In this document: one piece after another, positions 61,480 to 64,000 of the stretch
How the letters are laid out: each line of letters begins with the position of its first letter
Numbering within the stretch: position 1 is the first letter of the stretch
DNA from: Octopus sinensis
Taxonomy: Eukaryota
Assembly: GCF_006345805.1 (NCBI RefSeq)
Contig: NC_043016.1
Span: 26,288,001-26,352,000 of the forward strand
Direction of reading: 5' to 3'
DNA length: 64,000 nucleotides
Notes under the pieces: model-generated
What the model saw: the letters and a program-made list of their open reading frames with translations, nothing else
The model's database searches: none
What the model was told of the DNA's origin: nothing
Translations under genes and position numbers: made by a program

Positions 61480-61765
61480 CTATTCTACCTTATCTTTATT
61501 CTGTTGTAATATATTCTACTTTATCCCTCATATTGTATTTTGTTGTATGCTATTCTACTTTAGGCATATTCTATTCTGTTGTATTCTATTCAACTTTATT
61601 CTATTCTCTTGTATTCTGTTCTACTTTATTCTTATTCTATCTTGTTGTATTCAACCTATTTTTGTCCTACTTTACTTCTATTCTGTTCTATTGTATTTTA
61701 TTATATTTCATTCTGCTTTATTCATCTTCTATTCTTTTATTATTCTGTTCACTCTCTTATACTAT
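61480..61765. repeat. Degenerate (TATTC)n-like simple repeat
   Basis: Recurring tattct/attcta units. Confidence 0.75.
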
Positions 61766-62194
61766 AACCAACAGCCTCAAAAATACTTGAAATTAATTAA
61801 CCCAATACTCTTTGCAAACTAATAAGGCGACAAAATATTAAAGCAGACAGTGACAGTAGTTTTAACCATTACTTTTAATAAACATTTATATTCCTAGGCT
61901 GCAGTAAACTGAAATATACTTTTAAACCATGATTATAATTTTGGAGCATTAGCATGTCTAACTAGTCTAATTAATATGCAAATCTATTCCTATTTTTGCA
62001 CTAAATGCTTTGTGTCAACATGTAAAAGACATTTAAATCTCATAAGTAACTACTTTAATAGTTTTAAACCAGTAAATATGCAAATTATGAAAAGACTATT
62101 TTTTTACCCTCACTTCTGTTGTTAAGTACTTGGGTAACAGCTTCTTTTAAAGCAAAACAAAAGCAAAAAAGAAAAATAATTATTGCTTAAATAA

Positions 62195-62550
62195 GTGCAG
62201 ATGTGGCTGTGTGATAATAAGCTTTCTTTCTAACCACATGGTTCTGGGTTCAGTCCCACTGTATGGCACCTTGGGCAAGTATCTTCTGCTATAGCCTCAG
62301 GCTGATCAAAATAGATTTGGTAGATGGAAATTAAGAGAAGCCCACTGTGTGTGTGTGTATGTGTCTTTATGTTTGTCCCTAACCACCACTTGATAACCAG
62401 TCTTGTTTGTGTCCCCATAACTTAGTGGTTTGGTATAAAAGACCAATAGAATGAAAAAATAAATACGGGGTCAATTCATTTGGTTAAAACTCTTTGAGAT
62501 GGTGTACCCTGCTCAACCACAGTTCAGTGACTGAAACAAGGAAAAGATAA
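62195..62550 (+). mobile_element. SINE family B (old copy)
   Basis: Diverged head, linker and tail. Confidence 0.75.
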
Positions 62551-62581
62551 AAGTATTTGATCATGAAATGAAATTGCCAAT

Positions 62582-63835
62582 TACAAGCAGGGCTGAAAAT
62601 TTCATATGTTGACCATGGAGGAGTGATGCTAGAGCTGTGAAATATTTCATGCATTCATTTCAACCCTTGACCCTTATTATTAATAACAGCATTGTCGTCT
62701 CTGTCCAGCTAAATTGGCATCTGACTGTTCAAAGACTTCAAAACGTAACTAGTAGTGGCTTCTCTTGAAAATGGATAAACCTTGGCATTGTGGTGTTATC
62801 AAAGAAAAATGGTTTAGTCTCCAAGGACATACATGCTGACATAGTTGCTACAGTGGGGGATGACACACCAGTTTTATCAACAGTGCAAAAGTGGGCAGCT
62901 GAATTTAGGAGGGGAAGGAAGAGTTTTGAAGATGATCCAAGATCTGGACATCCTTCAACTGCCACCATCAAGGAAAACATTCATTTTGTTCTCCAAATGG
63001 GGATGGCTGATAGGTGATTGACTATAAATCATATATCTAATGCTGTTAGCATATCCTGTGAGTGAGTTGAGAATATTCTGTACAAAATGAACTTGGCATG
63101 ATGAATGTTTCTGTTCAGTGGGTGCCACATCTTCTGACACCTGATCATAAGTGTACCAGGCTGATCACATCATGGGAAAATTTGACATTGTCTGAGACAG
63201 ATCCAGCTGGTTTCCTTGAACGTTTGCTAAGCCAGGATGAGTGTTGTGTTCATCACTTTGAACCAGACATGAAGAGACAATCCAAGCAGTAGAAATACAC
63301 CGTCTCCTCCACACCAAAGAAGGCCAAGGTCGTTTTATCTGCAGGGAAGGTGAAGGTCTCAGTTTTTTGGGGGATGCAAAAGGCATTGTGTTGACTGACT
63401 ATCTTCAAAAGGTCTACACCATCAATGGCCTGTATTATGCCAACTTGCTGAGGCAGATATGAAAGCCTATCAAGACCAAGCACCCTGGAAAATTGACAAA
63501 AATGGTCTTGTTTCATCAAAATTTGTGTGCACCAAGGACTTGCGTGTTGGCGCTGTCTTTGGTTTCAGTAGCTATTGAGCATGGCTGTGGCGTGCAGCTG
63601 GGTGATCAGCCTCCCTATTCTCCTGACTTGGCCCCATCTGACTACCATCTGTTCCTCAACATGAAAACACACTTGGCTAGGAACCAGAATCACAGTGTTG
63701 ATGACATCAAATCTGCAGTTGATGACTAACAGGATGAAAACTACTTCAGCAATGAGATCCAAGTACTGTAACACTGATGGAAGAAGTGTATGGACTGCAA
63801 GGGGGACTATGTCGAAAAATAAACTTCATTTGGTC
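62582..63835 (+). mobile_element. Mariner transposase pseudogene
   Basis: KDIHADIVATVGDD..VQKWAAEFRRGRKSFEDDPRSGHP, QDECCVHHFEP and PPYSPDLAPSDYHLF; many stops; right TIR missing. Confidence 0.9.
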
Positions 63836-64000
63836 ACTATTTTTAGCGTGTCGATCGACCAGGTAGAGGCTCTTTTGTTGGTTTGATTGTATGATGAGAA
63901 TTGTTTTACACATATATGTATAATATGAGTATATATATCATTGGGAGAAGTTAGAGAGTAAGTCGAAAGCTGAAAGTTTCATGTATTGGCACTTATCAAA

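Overview
Repeat-saturated, AT-rich animal genomic DNA. The SINE families and dense microsatellites look like octopus/coleoid cephalopod; this is recognised from memory, not from a database search. No intact long gene is visible. The window holds decayed non-LTR elements (Tx1/L1, Dong/R4, CRE, RTE, I-like), a Ty3/Gypsy integrase remnant, Penelope remnants, mariner/pogo/maT/hAT/piggyBac-like DNA elements, a Helitron and Helentron-like elements, many tRNA-derived SINEs, and long microsatellites that explain nearly all long ORFs in the track. A few candidate small exons suggest a plus-strand gene with very large introns (low confidence). The most striking unexplained structure has two parts. (1) About ten Penelope-type type-I hammerhead ribozyme motifs with palindromic stem III, including three with unusually long stem II, one carried behind a tRNA-SINE head, and one with a G3:C8 swap of the conserved C3-G8 core pair. 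(2) At least four large fold-back inverted duplications, three of which begin in or copy hammerhead-bearing elements. Assembly artefact has to be excluded for the palindromes. Coordinates were read by eye, so repeat boundaries are approximate.
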